Positions 1 through 13,324 of a stretch of DNA of 64,000 nucleotides are shown here, one piece after another. The stretch's first letter is position 1; the number at the start of each line of letters is the position of its first letter. The position numbers and the translations under genes were made by a program. The stretch lies in the NCBI GenBank assembly GCA_040285855.1, contig JAUFOQ010000001.1, forward strand, positions 3,162,001-3,226,000, in the 5' to 3' direction. Below the pieces are notes generated by a model. It saw only the letters and a list, made by a program, of their open reading frames with translations. It ran no database searches and was not told the DNA's origin. The DNA is from Eukaryota sp. GEM-RC1 (lineage: Eukaryota).

Positions 1-440
1 TCTCTGTCCCACAATAACTTATAGTGGTTAGTTCAATGCAGTTTAACTCATTAAATGATGACGTCATCATGTTATCAGAATGAGTGAATGTTTGATTTAA
101 AGTGTTGTTTATGGGAAATATCTAACTGTTTTGGCCGTAATCGTATATATAATTCATGTTTATCAATTGATCTCACGTCAATTAAAATAGTGAAAGTAAA
201 TTTCATTATGGATTTTTCAATTATTTCCAAATTTCAAAAAATCTTTAACTTTTATTAGAAAACAATTTCTTTAACATTGATATTGTTTCGTATTGCTTCA
301 GTTTAGTAATGTAAGTCGCTTTTCAAGTGATTAAAAACAGCATTTGTTGTTCAAAGATCTGGTTTAAGTGTCTTCGAACCTGAATGATGACGTGTCAAGA
401 CCGACACTGAAACAGGATGTTGTAGGAATGCTTGAGTTAG

Positions 441-827
441 TTAGTTTTTGTAAGATTTTGTAGGCGGATTCCTAAGATCGATCTTGGTGCCAAATACCAT
501 CTCGAAGGGTGTGTAACCAGTTCTTCGCCATTTGGTGCAATTAATCAGCAATTGTGTCATAGGAAGGTATCCGGACCAATTGTCGTAATCATTAAAGTCT
601 GCGAGGAGCTTCCTTAGAGTGTATAGGACGTCAGGATTCCTACGTTCAGCCACACCATTGCTTTGGTGGTAGTGAGGGATAGCGGTGGATACATAGATGT
701 TTAGAAAGTCACATAGATCTTCGAAGATGTGATTGGCATATTCTGGTCCATTGTCGCTGTGGACTGAAGCAGGGATGCCAAAGATAGCGCAAACTGCCAT
801 AGACTCTGTAATGATGTCTGTTTTCAT
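441..827 (-). mobile_element. LTR-retrotransposon (Ty3/gypsy-like) integrase core remnant
   Basis: FGIPASVHSDNGPEY...HQSNGVAERRN...TGYTPFEMVFG is the rve integrase SDNG / NG-ER-N signature. 5'-truncated; no RT or LTRs seen. Confidence 0.8.
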
Positions 828-829
828 GG

Positions 830-1074
830 AATTGTGTAATTAACATTCCATCTAAAGTTTGATTTTTTAGACCTCTTTTACCGCACAAGTTCTTCTTTGA
901 ATCACTGAGTAGTTCTTGAATATCTAACAGGTGCGTTCGCCATTTTCGCACATTGCTTCGAGCTACATTGAATTGTTTAGCAGCTCTTGAATTGTTATTG
1001 TACGACTGATCATATTTTGCCACAATGAGCTTGAACTTGAGATCATATGGAGCTTGGTATCTCTGTGTTGTCAC
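830..1074 (-). mobile_element. pogo/Tigger-type transposase N-terminal HTH (Brinker-like DBD) remnant
   Basis: YDLKFKLIVAKY...NNSRAAKQFNVARSNVRKWR resembles pogo HTH domains; abuts the integrase fragment. Confidence 0.6.
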
Positions 1075-1847
1075 ACTAACACTACTTGTATGATGTTTTC
1101 ACCCATTTAGAAAAAACATTGAAAACAAATATATAATTAAGTGTATTCGTACGATCAGTCTATGTGTCTTCTCTTTAATGCAGGAGTCTGATCTTGAAAC
1201 GGCTGGAGAATGAGTTATCTTTTGTGTGACAACACGCCAAGCAAAAGAAGTCACCTTTTGACCCTTAAACATTGCAACAAGAACTATCTGCCATCGTGGA
1301 TCTTCTGTAGAGGTTTCTCTGAAAGAATATTCACCAGGCGCTTTTCTGGAAAGATGAGCAGAAGCAGTCATAGTAGAAGAAGATTTTGTTAACTTGAAAA
1401 CAATTTATTCACAAACACTACCAGTCTCGTCATCAGTACTTTTAGTACTATATTATAACCATCTTTTGAAGACATCTTGAACCAAGTACGTTGAAGTTCA
1501 AAATTTAAATTGACCAATTTGTGAAGAAATCACAAACAAATGCAATAAAAAAAATTCACAAAAATGACATTACATGAATTGTGATTTACAAGTATGGTCC
1601 AAACGAGGACAATTGCCCCCGTAGCTAACATTATAAATGATGTAATTAGAGGAGTGTGATCGAGTTAATAATTGATGTAGGAATGAAATCTTTTACGGTT
1701 GGTGTGTACAAGATATCATCTTTGGGAAGTGATAAGGGAATTGCATTACTTCTGTTACTTAGTTTCTGAGTTTTATTCGGTAACATATAGTTTCAGTTTA
1801 TACTTTTAATATTGATACATATAAATATATATTAGATCCGTCAAGGA

Positions 1848-2241
1848 TTATGGAGGACCTCCTATGGTACATGAAAGACCGGAAGCTAAAAGACGTTTCA
1901 TTAAGTACACAATATGGGAGCGATTAAAGTGTCCCTCCTTGAGAAAGTGGAAAAGATAACATGTAGAATCAAACGCCACAATGAGTGAAAACGGCGTAAA
2001 CCCTCTTCGTTTAGCTTGGCCAGTACATTTGGATAGTGCTGGTACCCACTGGCGAGTAGCCGTATTGGTGACTGAATTTTTCTGGGCGAAGTGAGATTTC
2101 GTCAAAAAAGACCAGTTGTTTTTGGTAGATCAGTCCAACTGAGATCGTCAGTTTCCACCCATATTTTTTGATTAGCGATGCTTTAGCCTTAATTATTAAT
2201 GTTGTCACTTTCTTCTTCCTGTTGAGGCAGACACTCTGCAT
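1848..2241 (-). mobile_element. Tc1/IS630-like DDE transposase remnant
   Basis: QLVFFDEISLRPEKFSHQYGYSPVG resembles the first-Asp motif (VFxDE...YGWSP.G); broken frames. Confidence 0.55.
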
Positions 2242-3272
2242 TAATGATTAGCCGCTGTAAGACAAGTTACTTCACAGAGACATGTAAAAGAATCAGTCTT
2301 ATTAAACCAATGATATAGTTTTGAATGACTATTTTTTGACTTTCTTTATTTATTCTAAATGTAATTGACTAAACAACTACAATTTGATATCATCAAAACA
2401 ACACCCGTCGCTATCAAATCTTACAACAGCTTTGTCCTCGTAAAAGGAACTCACAGCAAGTGAAGCTTTTGAGATGATAAGGGGAATTGTTTAAAAAACC
2501 AAAAAACGATACGATTCAACCATAAAATATGGTCAAAATTTGAATGACTTACGTTTGTACCAAAATTCCTGATGGATTTTAAATTACTTTACACAAAGCA
2601 AAGTTACTAAGTTGGTGATGTTGTGATTTATGAGGATGCAAATATATCTAACAATATGGCATACCTTAAATACAGCTAATTTTAAGAAACTGTGAACAAT
2701 TGTACATGTATAAACAATAAGAATGTATGTTTAGTTTAACGTTTCGATGTTGTTCTTCACAATTCACAGATCAATTTTTGGTGAATATGTGATTGAGGTG
2801 ATGTCTGTGATGTCTGATTACTAGACATTCCAAACTGGCGATTTGTTTCTTTACACAAATCCTTGAAGAATTGTTCACCTGTAGCGCTAATTGATTTACA
2901 AAGATCCATTGTTATGCGATAAACAGTTTGGTCATTGTTCTTCTTTACTCAACAAAGTTGTTGTGTTGTGACAAGCATCAACACCAACATTTAAAAAAAA
3001 GACTGTTGTGAATAGACCTTAATCATTAACTTAATGATTCATTAAGTAACCATTACTGGATATGAGCAATTCAATCACAAACAAGTGCCAAAAACACAAG
3101 CAAACAACTGATTCTCACTGGTCATTTATTGGGAATCTACATACAATTAAGACTCCGTGTGCAAAACAAACAGATATAGGTCAAATAGCTAATGTATGGT
3201 TGACATTCAACAGTGATGACTAGAATCATTTCTGAAAAACCCTAATTAACAGGTGTTTGATCGAGATCAAAA

Positions 3273-4687
3273 TCAAATGTGATCATCAGAAATCAACGCC
3301 AGAACACCTTCGTCACTTATATAATTATCACCCAGTTCAATCCTAGTACATGTAATAGAAGAATTAACTGTGAGTGTTTCGGCTAAAGCCACTACTCCTT
3401 CGTCGCCAATTTCATTCGAATAAAGAATAATCTTAGTAATACGAGAATTAATTTGTAGAGCTTCAGCAATAGCAATGGCACCAACATCACTAATTGAATT
3501 CTCCATAAGATTAATGAATCTAAGTGAAACATTTACTTTAAAGGCCTCGGCCAATGCAATGGCACCTGACTGACCGATTAAGTTGAAAGGTAAATCAAGC
3601 CGGGAAATTGAAGAATTGAATTTTAAAGCATCAGCCAGTGCAATAGCACATGTACCGTCAGTTTTGTTAAACCCTAAATTGATTACCCGGATTGAATAGT
3701 TGATCTTGAAGGCTTCAGATAAAGTTAAAACTACATCTGGAAAACGAAAAAGACAATACGATAGATCAATCTCAATAAGTGTCGAATTCAATTTCAAAAC
3801 TTCAGCCAACGTCACCAAATCGTGAGAATCAAAAGTACTTTCCATTAGGTTAATCTTGGTAATTGAAGAATTAACTTTCAAAGCTTCTATCAAGACCATG
3901 CGCCTTCAGTTTCAAAATAGTTAAGCTCAAGATTAATCTCAGTAAGTGAACAATTAACCTTCAACATACCAGCTATAGTCTTGATACCTTCATTACCAAT
4001 AGAGTTACCAGCGAGATTAATTCGAGTAATTGTAGAGTTGACTGTCAACATGCTAGCTAAAACAGCTGCTCCTTCGTCACCAACAGAACTCGAGTATAAA
4101 CTAAAGTCAGTAATAGTGAGATGTGTCTTCAAAAGTGTACACAATGATATCAAAGTGGACAAATCAACATTTAAATCAAGATATCGGAGATGTGGAAAGT
4201 AAAAAGGAGACGATTTGTCGAGAAATTTCAAGTCGCTGGGATTCCTCAATTGTATTCTGACTCCTGAAATAATATGAGAATAATTAAGACATTTTTGAAA
4301 TGGGAAAGGCTGATCATGGTTTACAAATACAGAGAGAACATCTGTACGAAAAAGACAGTATAAATTAGGAACTAGGTGAAGTTGGGAAGAATTTAAGCAA
4401 AGTGGTTTGTTTTCAAGAAACACCTTAAGGACAATAAAAGAATATTTAAAAAAAGATTGGCTGGTATAACCAAATTTTGGAATAAAAGAATGTAGTTGAC
4501 CGGTCAAATAACAAGTTATCCATTTAGGGTCACCTTTTTCAAGAAGAGACTCACAATAACGGTTGAGTAAATGTAGATGAATCAGAACCAGTAGGGATTG
4601 TGGCAAGCGAATAGTTTTGGAAGTGGGATTGGTCGAATAAAAAGTCTTTTGTATGTAAGATGGACCTAGGATAGATAAGGAAGACAT
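3273..4687 (-). CDS. RNI-like (NLRC3-type, about 28-aa repeat) leucine-rich repeat protein; one 1-nt frameshift near 3898
   Basis: Repeats such as LKVNSSITKINL..N.IGDEGA.ALAEAL run across ORFs 3890-4744 and 3273-3899. Adding one A (GCA ATG GTC) restores EGAMVLIEALK. First ATG at 4687. Confidence 0.8.
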
Positions 4688-6088
4688 GGTGTTCTTGGTA
4701 AACAACACGATGTTGGGTGATAAAAGCTGGAAGTTTCCAACCATTGACTTCTTTTGGTCTGATCACTGTTGTATAAGCTTTAATTCATGCAGATTTCCTT
4801 ATACCCCTATGTTAGTGAAACTTGTTGCTTGATCAATAATGTTTCTTCTTGAAGATCACCATGTAATGGTGTATATCTGTTGAATTTGCGTTCCTTCAAC
4901 TCTGTTTCCACAACTATCGAACTCTACCTCAGTTTAACACCAGAATGTTGAATTCACCTACTTCCAGATCTTCTTTGTCTCTAGAGAATCTCTTTGATGC
5001 CATGCTTCCTGTTCTTTATCTTCATAGTCCTTCGAGTATCTTCTTTTCAACTTTCTCATCTACTCCTATCACCGCATGGTTCATGCTTCGATCTCTTTCA
5101 CATCATTCGGCAGTATGTGCAGAACTACTATCATTATGACACCCCTTCTATTTTGTCCATCACTTATCTTCAGTAAACTTTCTTTATCTAACGACCTTCA
5201 AATTGCACATCTGATCACAATCTATAGTCAGAAGACGTAATGATGAGCCAAATCGACATCACCTTGGTCTATTTACAGGACTTCCTATTACGTTTAAGGG
5301 AGATCTTTTCACCCTGACTTTGCCGAACCTGTTTCAGTTTTGTATGTGTTACGTCATCAAGCGTCTTATACATCTTCGATACTTCACATGAGATTCATTT
5401 TCTAAATCATTTCACTACTTTATCTCTACCTTGAACACAACTAATTTTAATATAGTTTGAACAATTGTATAAAAGACATGAATGTATGTTTAGTTAAACC
5501 TTTCAGTGTTGATATTCACAATTTACAGATTGATTTTTGGCAAATATGTGAATGAAATGCTCACCAACACCCTTTGATTTGTAATTTCCAACTGTGACAC
5601 AGTGGCAAAAATTGACACCAAATTCCACTACCATGCAGTACTATGGTTCAAAATTCTGTTCTTAATTTAAAAAACACCAAATATATATTCTCACATCTAT
5701 GAGTACAACAATCTATCATTGGTTCCAAAATGTAGCAAGTTTATTCCTCGCAAATCATAGACTTTTGTGCTTGTATGCAAATGTCATAAATATATTGAGT
5801 TACTACAGAACTGTGTTTGGAAATAATGAATTGGTATAATATAATATTGCCAGTATCCATTGCAAATAACTAATAGGAATAGGCATCACTTATTGCTTAG
5901 TCTTTGTGAACCTCGGGACTCCTTAGTTGCTGAATTCATACACTTACTTCTAATGTAAAACAGAATGCTTAGAGGAAAATGACAAAAATTACATACAACA
6001 ATGTAGTAAACTTGCATGTACATCTCCAATACACAACTAGAAGTACACTGGACAAGTTTCAAATCAATATCACACACAGTTTAAGCTA

Positions 6089-6479
6089 CACCAATCGGTT
6101 GAAGTAGTCTGAATCAGACTAATTCTAGTCCAGACTAATTTACATATCAGATATTTTGTCTGGACCAGACTAATTGTTAAGAAGATACAATAGTCTCCAA
6201 GTGGTCTAAGAACTCCAAAACGATTATGTACGAAGGGTTCTTCTTATTTGTTACAATTTCTGATCATTTAAAATCACTTTGTTTTAAACTGAAACTGCAA
6301 CTTGAAATTAGCAGCATCATAAATGATAAACAAAAAGAATCTAGTGAACTATATGCCGATTCCAGATTAATTTCTATAAAAGTTAGATTCTAAGAAAGTT
6401 CCAAAATAAGAAGTAGTCTGGACTAGACTACTTCTAGTCCAGACTAATTCTTCATCCAGACCAATCAAACCGACTGGTG
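6089..6479. mobile_element. TA-flanked MITE (Tc1/mariner-pogo type) with internal AGTCTG/CAGACT motifs
   Basis: Ends CACCAATCGGTT / AACCGACTGGTG are inverted; TA at 6087-88 and 6480-81; repeated AGTCTG/CAGACT motifs near both ends. Confidence 0.7.
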
Positions 6480-7434
6480 TAGAAGAAGAGTTCAAAAGGA
6501 ATTTAAGAATAACCAATAGTTTTTCCGTAAATCACTGATCTGTAGAAGACAACAAAATTGACTATCACCAAATCTTTTTACAGTAATTTTGAAATATTGT
6601 TTAACAACAGAGAAGCAATCTTCTAAGTGTCATTAAAAGAACTAACAAACTGAGAAATGAACACAATGAAATGCATTATTTCTGTATATAACATGGACTG
6701 ACATTAAACCTTTCATTGCTGTTAACACTGATACCTCGACAATGCTCTCAGAAGGAAATGGAGATTTATTAGTAGAAAAAGGTGGTGGTATTGTTTTCAC
6801 TAAAGAACAGGGTCACGATACGTTAGCCAATCACTTCAAATGAACTTCTAAAGTATATCTGCCGACGTTACACCGGACCAAGAAACGTATACGTTTAACA
6901 TTTGCATGTGCTAGAAACTCAACTAGTATTATTTGTCAGTGAAATTATATCACTGAATCTTGTTTCTGAGTTCGTGTGTAATATAGCTTAAAATAATAGT
7001 TATAATTATACTATTAGAGTTTATTTGCAACAATTAATTAAAAATAGTTATAATTATCACTTATATAACTTTGCACTAGATATCCCCTTTTCTTTTTGAG
7101 TTTGGTAGTAATTCCATTGCAAATCTTAGTGTAATGTTTCAACAACTTTGACTCTCAAACTTCACATGATTCAGATCTGTAAATCCGCATTCAGAATTTT
7201 CAATTCGGCACCCTAATTATCGTTAGCATATTTTTCTTCGTTTGATTAGGAATTTTTTACATTGGATTTTGCAAGTTTCTTATTGAACGAAGAAATTGTG
7301 TTGGATACACATGACACAAAAGTAAGGAGAGTTGATATTTCTTGCAAAAACTGTGGAAATATTCCCAGATCGTATTGTACGAAGTCCATCACCAAATGAC
7401 TAACAAATCCAAATCAACACTCAATCGGCAAGAA

Positions 7435-8346
7435 TTATATAGTATTTGATGGAATAAACGGAAAAAGGAACTGTTGGAGAGACTCAGTGGAAACAGACAA
7501 GTTCCAATCCAAAAGAGATAGTAATTCTCTTTCCATACTATTGATCAAATCAGTTGAGTAATGGGAAAACCCAATAATTGCCCAACTTGAATTGTTGTAG
7601 CTCTGATCTTGAAGAAATTTGGAAGCAAGTATGAAAGCAGCAAGGTACGAACGACGAACGTTGACTTCAGTGAAGCGAAGATGGGGATATGACTTTTGGA
7701 GTTTGTTGAGGTAGAAAAGGGCAAGGAAAGCACATATCAAGGGACTCTGGCTCCTGCATAATATGTGCTGGATCCAAACTGACAAGGAAACTTTGGGCTC
7801 GGAGCCAAATTCTGGTGCAGTACTGGGGATACTCGTATCCATCATCGAGTTCAGAATAGATAATAGTAGAAGGTCACTATAACATACGTCATTGATTAAA
7901 TCACAACATTGTCCGCCAAGATATGACTCCCATTGCTTTGGATTGAAAGACATATCAATCATACTAGATACTATAGTATCATGATGCGTTTTTGTTTCCT
8001 TTTTAAAAAGAGAAACGCTTGGATCTCGAAAGTTCCAACGGTCCAACTTTTCAGTGGTGTGTTGCTGCTTCTTTGGTTTGACTGCGTTGGTGTGAGTTCG
8101 GAGAATCGCTGTAATGTTCAGTACGATCTTTCTTGGAAGTGGTTTGGTTCTGTGTTTCAGTGAGAGAATCACTTCTGAGGTTAAGGGAGGTCGCTTGTTC
8201 AGTGGTTTAGCCTTGGATGATCTTTGGCTACTGGTGTCTGCAACACAAGGAATCGTTACAATGAAAGAGGTTAAGTTCTTTGGAAAAGGGTGGTTTTCGC
8301 TCAAGGAAGAAAAGGGGTTCGAATTCATGGTCATAAGAATTGCCAC
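7435..8346 (-). CDS. Pho80/PCL-type (cyclin P/U family) cyclin
   Basis: ICAFLALFYLNKL...NVRRSYLAAFILASKFLQDQSYNNSSWAIIG...INSMERELLSLLDWNL cyclin box. Confidence 0.85.
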   Translation of the reverse strand: MAILMTMNSNPFSSLSENHPFPKNLTSFIVTIPCVADTSSQRSSKAKPLNKRPPLTSEVILSLKHRTKPLPRKIVLNITAILRTHTNAVKPKKQQHTTEKLDRWNFRDPSVSLFKKETKTHHDTIVSSMIDMSFNPKQWESYLGGQCCDLINDVCYSDLLLLSILNSMMDTSIPSTAPEFGSEPKVSLSVWIQHILCRSQSPLICAFLALFYLNKLQKSYPHLRFTEVNVRRSYLAAFILASKFLQDQSYNNSSWAIIGFSHYSTDLINSMERELLSLLDWNLSVSTESLQQFLFPFIPSNTI

Positions 8347-8945
8347 AATTTTAAATTTTAGTCGCTTCCCAGGAGTTTCAATTTGCTATCTTCAGATATC
8401 GTGTCATTTCTCTAACAGATGAATTGGAATCTTGTTTGTTGCTCCATTTGGTTTAGAAAGTCAAATTCATTTGAACAACATGAGTCATAGAAAAGTTCCT
8501 GTATGTACTGTACTCAAGACACTAACATTGTATTGTAGTACAATACGGTGTTAGGGTTTAGTTCAACACGGTGTTGAGTGTGAACGTGTTCTGAACGTGT
8601 TGTTACTGGATGAACACGTGTTTTTCCGTACTATGTATTGTACGGAATCCATTTCTACATCGTTGAATTTTATTGAAACAAGATTAAACAAAAGGTTCTG
8701 ATTCTGAGAGTTGCATTGAGTATTAGAACACCAACATTTAATTGAGATATTATAATTATCTCTAAATCTTAATTTATTTGATGACGTTATCCTCTGATGA
8801 CTCAATTATGTCGACTGATAACATCAGAATTGGAGAACAATAACACGGTCGACAATAGCACCAGATAAGCTAAACAAACTAACACCAATCCAAAAAAGAC
8901 AAGATACACAAAAAGCAAAAAAACTAAAAAAAGATCTCACAACTG

Positions 8946-9574
8946 CTAATGATCATGAATCTTCCGTGGTAAGCGTTTCTTCTCAGATCCAATTTTACGC
9001 TTTTCTCTACGTTTCATAGCCTTCTCTAGATTACCTTCAGATGTAAGCCGCTCCTTCTCCCTTTCAAGAACCATTCGATGAACCTCCGCCCGTTTCAAAT
9101 AAGAACGATGTCCATCCGGTCTGTCCATTTGAGTTCTCTTGTGTTGTGTAAGAATGTCTATGGTGTCACGCTCTCGTAGTCGTCTAACTTGCTCACCCTT
9201 CAATTGTCCAAGTGTTTCAGTGACAGCACGATATGCCACAGTACCGGCTTTCAGTTTTGATCGTTGTTGTTCTAGTCTACTTATTTCATTAGCTCTTTCG
9301 TCATCTACAAAAGCGTATTCTTCATTGTATAATCTTGCGTCATAGTCTCCACAGAGAGGATCGAAACGGGGATCACGAGATGGTTTTCGTTTCAAGGAAG
9401 GATCTGAGAAGACGTCACGTACAGAAGATGGACGTTTGCGAGAAGAAACAACAGCAGGTCTAAGATGAATAGAAGTTAAGAAAGTACAAACGGCTGATGT
9501 TTTCTTTTTACCTTAGAAGGGCGTTGAGTGTGGTGTGTTTCAATTTCAGATTCAGATTCCTCTGAAGAAGACAT
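8946..9574 (-). CDS. RRP36: rRNA biogenesis protein RRP36; 32-nt intron 9460-9491
   Basis: RDPRFDPLCG...YAFVDDERANEI and C-terminal KRREKRKIGSEKKRLP motifs. Removing GTTTGT...TTAG joins the ATG at 9574 (MSSSEESE) in frame. Confidence 0.85.
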
Positions 9575-9633
9575 TATGTAAGTGAGGGGTCTAGGTAAGT
9601 GTTGGAAAAATTTTTTGGTCAAAAACGAACTCA

Positions 9634-10899
9634 ATGACTTCACTTCTAACTGCAATTGAGCAGCAATATATTGACCAAAGTTCTTCTACAGATGACCGGT
9701 ACTTTGTTACAACTAAAGACAGAAAACGAGACATAATCTTTCCTGGTGAACAAGATGCTTCTTCTTTCTACTCTAATACACAACAGCTTGACAGACTTTC
9801 ATTATCCAATCTTAACATCTCCTCTATAGGTGATTCTTCTACTGTATCTCAACTTCTCCCCAACGTCCACTCCCTAGATCTTTCAGTTAATTCTCTCTCT
9901 TGGAGCTCCATAGCCCAGCTCTCTTCTGCTCTTCTCTCTGTCTCCGAACTCTGCCTTGCCAACAATCCCCTTCTTTCCTCTGTTCCCCCTTCCTTTTCGT
10001 ATCCTTCTGTGACTACACTGATACTGAACAACAATCCCTTGACTTTCGAGACTCTTGTTGCAGTTTTTCAGTGTTTTCCTAATGTTGAAGAACTTGTTTG
10101 TGCTGGGTGTGGACTCAGTGACCATTTACCGTCGTTTTGTTTGCCTTTCAAATATTTAAAAATATTGGATTTATCTGACAATTGTTTTACTGAATTGGAT
10201 CAGTTTGGCTCTCTGAATGTATCTACTCTTATTTTAAATTCTAATAATATTTCTAGTTTGAATGTGTCGATGAACAGTTTCAATTCACTGGAGAATCTTT
10301 TTCTTGGAAACAACAACATTTCAGAAATTTCTACTATTTCCAATTTGGACAATGTTCCCTCTCTGAGATCAGTGCGACTTTCTCCCAATGAATTTTTAAA
10401 TATTTACCCTCGAATGTCTGTGGGAAGAGCTCATATTATCGGTCGATTGCAGCACATCAATTGTTTGAATGGAACAACAATTTCCGAAACTGAAAGAAGA
10501 GACTGTGAAAAGTTTTATTTATCAAGAGCAATCGATGACGTGGACAGTGAAGACTTCTCGAGAATTCATCCTCGTTTTGCTGAATTAGTCCAAAAACACG
10601 GTGATCCAGTCAAAAATGATACAAAAACTGGTATGAAATTGATCCCAATCAAATTGATTAATGATGACGACCTTGAGGCTAAACCTCGAAGTAAGAAGTT
10701 GCCTCTTTCAATGACTTTATTGCAGGTAAAAGAGTTGTTTTGCACGCTGTTTAAAGTACCAAAGAATAACGTTTGTAATTTAAAAGTTTTGTATAAGGAT
10801 AGTTATTCTACAGATCTAGAGGAGCTCGATAGTGATTCGAAAAATTTAAATTATTTCAGTTTAACTGAAGGAGAAATGCATTTTAGTATTGCACAGTAA
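9634..10899 (+). CDS. TBCEL: Tubulin-folding cofactor E-like protein (LRR plus C-terminal ubiquitin-like domain, no CAP-Gly)
   Basis: LRRs, then IIGRLQHINCLNGTTISETERRDCEKFYL, HPRFAELVQKHG and a UBL (KKLPLSMTL...LDSDSKNLNYF). Confidence 0.8.
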   Translation: MTSLLTAIEQQYIDQSSSTDDRYFVTTKDRKRDIIFPGEQDASSFYSNTQQLDRLSLSNLNISSIGDSSTVSQLLPNVHSLDLSVNSLSWSSIAQLSSALLSVSELCLANNPLLSSVPPSFSYPSVTTLILNNNPLTFETLVAVFQCFPNVEELVCAGCGLSDHLPSFCLPFKYLKILDLSDNCFTELDQFGSLNVSTLILNSNNISSLNVSMNSFNSLENLFLGNNNISEISTISNLDNVPSLRSVRLSPNEFLNIYPRMSVGRAHIIGRLQHINCLNGTTISETERRDCEKFYLSRAIDDVDSEDFSRIHPRFAELVQKHGDPVKNDTKTGMKLIPIKLINDDDLEAKPRSKKLPLSMTLLQVKELFCTLFKVPKNNVCNLKVLYKDSYSTDLEELDSDSKNLNYFSLTEGEMHFSIAQ

Positions 10900-11199
10900 G
10901 TTTTTTTTAACGAAACTTGAAAAAACTTAGTTTACATCTGTGACAATTGGCGTATGTTGTTTATAAACGGGTTTTTGCACCACACTGTATTTATTGTGTT
11001 TCCAATAACTACTATATATCGAATGCAATGGACGATGTGTGATTACAAATTACATTGTATTTCTTCAAGTAACTGAAAAGTATACATTAAAATCTGTATT
11101 AGTCGCTGCTTTATCAGTTGGAACTGAATAGATCAAATCCTCAATACATGATTTTTAAACAAAAACTACGACAGTACAACTCCAATTCTTAAGAAACAA

Positions 11200-11972
11200 T
11201 CAAACACGTTCCACTTTCCATTCATAATTTTCGCCATTAACTATCATTCCAAAAACCAAATTACTAGGAACATCAACACTAAAAGTAGTTGTACAAGTAG
11301 AAGGTTTGAAGTAAGCTTTACCATTGGAAAAACTAACAGTAATTGATTCTGTGGGAGCCGAAAATTTTGCCCTAGTTGGCAAAATCAATTCTGCATTTTG
11401 TTGAGCTGAACGATCTCTTGGAGAAGGGTTCAGTGGGGAGAAAAGCTCCTCCAATAGATTTACCTCTAGTACAAATATATGTACTGAGGCCGATATCACT
11501 CTGAACATTTGTCCAACAAAGAAAGTCACTGTTACCACCAATAAATGATGCACCTAATCTGGTAAATTTAACAGAACAATTGCCAGAAATATTGACTTTT
11601 ACAAAATTATGTGTTATACTATTGACAATACCACCTGAACCATGCTTGGACATGGAGCGTCCGTCATTACTAGGACCACGTAACCTTGTGTCGAGCATCC
11701 ATTTAAGGGGATGTTCCGAAGGAGAAATTCCAACAAAGCTGTCGGCATTACTATTGGAAGTTCCTAATTTGGAACCATGCCTTGTAACGACAGTATTGTT
11801 ATTTGATAAGGAAAGTCTTGATCCACAAGTAGTAGGATCAAAAGTACCAATAAGAGCTTCAATTCTTCTTCTTTCATTCTCTTGATTTCTTTTTTTGTTT
11901 TCATTCTGTTGATGGTTCTTAACCAAAGGGATAACAGATTCCCTTAAGGAACTTAATTCATTTTTAAAGAAT
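11200..11972 (-). pseudogene. 5'-truncated, frameshifted 3' fragment of a BTB-BTB-SPRY-like gene
   Basis: Ends ...KPSTCTTTFSVDVPSNLVFGM...EWKVERV like the paralogues. Homology to 14100-14160 stops at about 11972. Confidence 0.75.
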
Positions 11973-11974
11973 TA

Positions 11975-12432
11975 GTCGATTGCAGCACATCAACTGTTTG
12001 AATGGAACAACTATTTCCGAAACTGAAAGAAGAGACTGTGAAAAGTTTTATTTATCAAGAGCAATCGATGACGTGGACAGTGAAGGCTTCTCGAGAATTC
12101 ATCCTCGTTTTGCTGAATTAGTCCAAAAACACGGTGATCCGGTCAAAAATGATACAAAAACTGGCATGAAATTGATCCCAATCAAATTGATTAATGACGA
12201 CGACCTTGAGGCTAAACCTCGAAGTAAGAAGTTGCCTCTTTCAATGACTTTATTGCAAGTAAAAGAGTTGTTTTGCACGCTGTTTAAAGTGCCAAAGAAT
12301 AACGTCTGTAACTTAACAGTGTTGTATAAGGATAATTATTCAACGGATCTAGAGGAGCTCGATAGTGATTCGAAAAATTTAAATTATTTCAGTTTGACTG
12401 AAGGAGAAATGCATTTTAGTATTGTACAGTAA
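11975..12432 (+). pseudogene. Duplicated 3' third of the TBCEL gene (5'-truncated)
   Basis: Near-identical to 10442-10899; lacks the 5' end and start codon of the gene. Confidence 0.85.
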
Positions 12433-13324
12433 GAATGTTGTTTAAAAAAACTCTTATTATAATTTTCAGTTGTTTAATTGTACTTTTGCTGATTACTCAT
12501 GTCTGTCATGTATAAACTTGTTTTAGATCACCGTATTGTATTTGATGTGTTTCGAATAGGTATGTGACAATAATAGTCATTGAACTGATCCGATTGTAGT
12601 ACGTATAGCCGTCTATCGTCTACGTTAAATCTGTTACATGAATTACATGGAGTGACAGTTGTTGACTATGACATTGTTCGACTTTGGATAAAGGTCTTTT
12701 TCACTCTTGATACGGTCAATGCATCAAATCACAGAACACTGACTTCAACTCTCCACTAGTCGATGCTGTATTATCTCGAATGTTTATATCTTAAGTCCAT
12801 TTTTCGGGACCCATGTATTTTCTCAGATTGGTACAAGTGTGTTACTCTGTTTCTCACACTTGAAACATTTTCATAGTTCTGGCTTGTATTTTACTAGCTC
12901 CTTGTTGATGGAGGACGAGTCAGTGACTTGTGCTAACAACAATATTCAAGGCAATCGATTTCACTGATAAATATGCCACTAACAAAGTTGGAAACACTAA
13001 AGCAGGTCATTGACTGTTCAAGAACGGACTGTGAAAACGCCAGATATTTAGATATTTTATTCCTATCTAAGGTGCATCCAGACAGATGTCAGTATTGATA
13101 TCATGGTGCACAATATGTCAACTTCTTCATATTGACTTCATGCTCACCATCAGAGGAACTCAACGGACAAACTGATGTAGTTCAGAAGAGTCTACAAAAA
13201 AATCAATCGGAAATGAACATAATATAATCATTACTGCAAGACTATCTGAAATATTGAGTATCTATAGCTTTAGACGTACAAATCTAGCTGAATTATTGAG
13301 ATATAATCAATAGAGTCACATCAA

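Noticed and set aside
8551..8560. Telomere-like TAGGGTTTAG
   Set aside because: Single short occurrence, not an array.
9849..10388. Antisense and alternate-frame ORFs over real genes, here and throughout the ORF track
   Set aside because: Shadow ORFs with no recognisable motifs.
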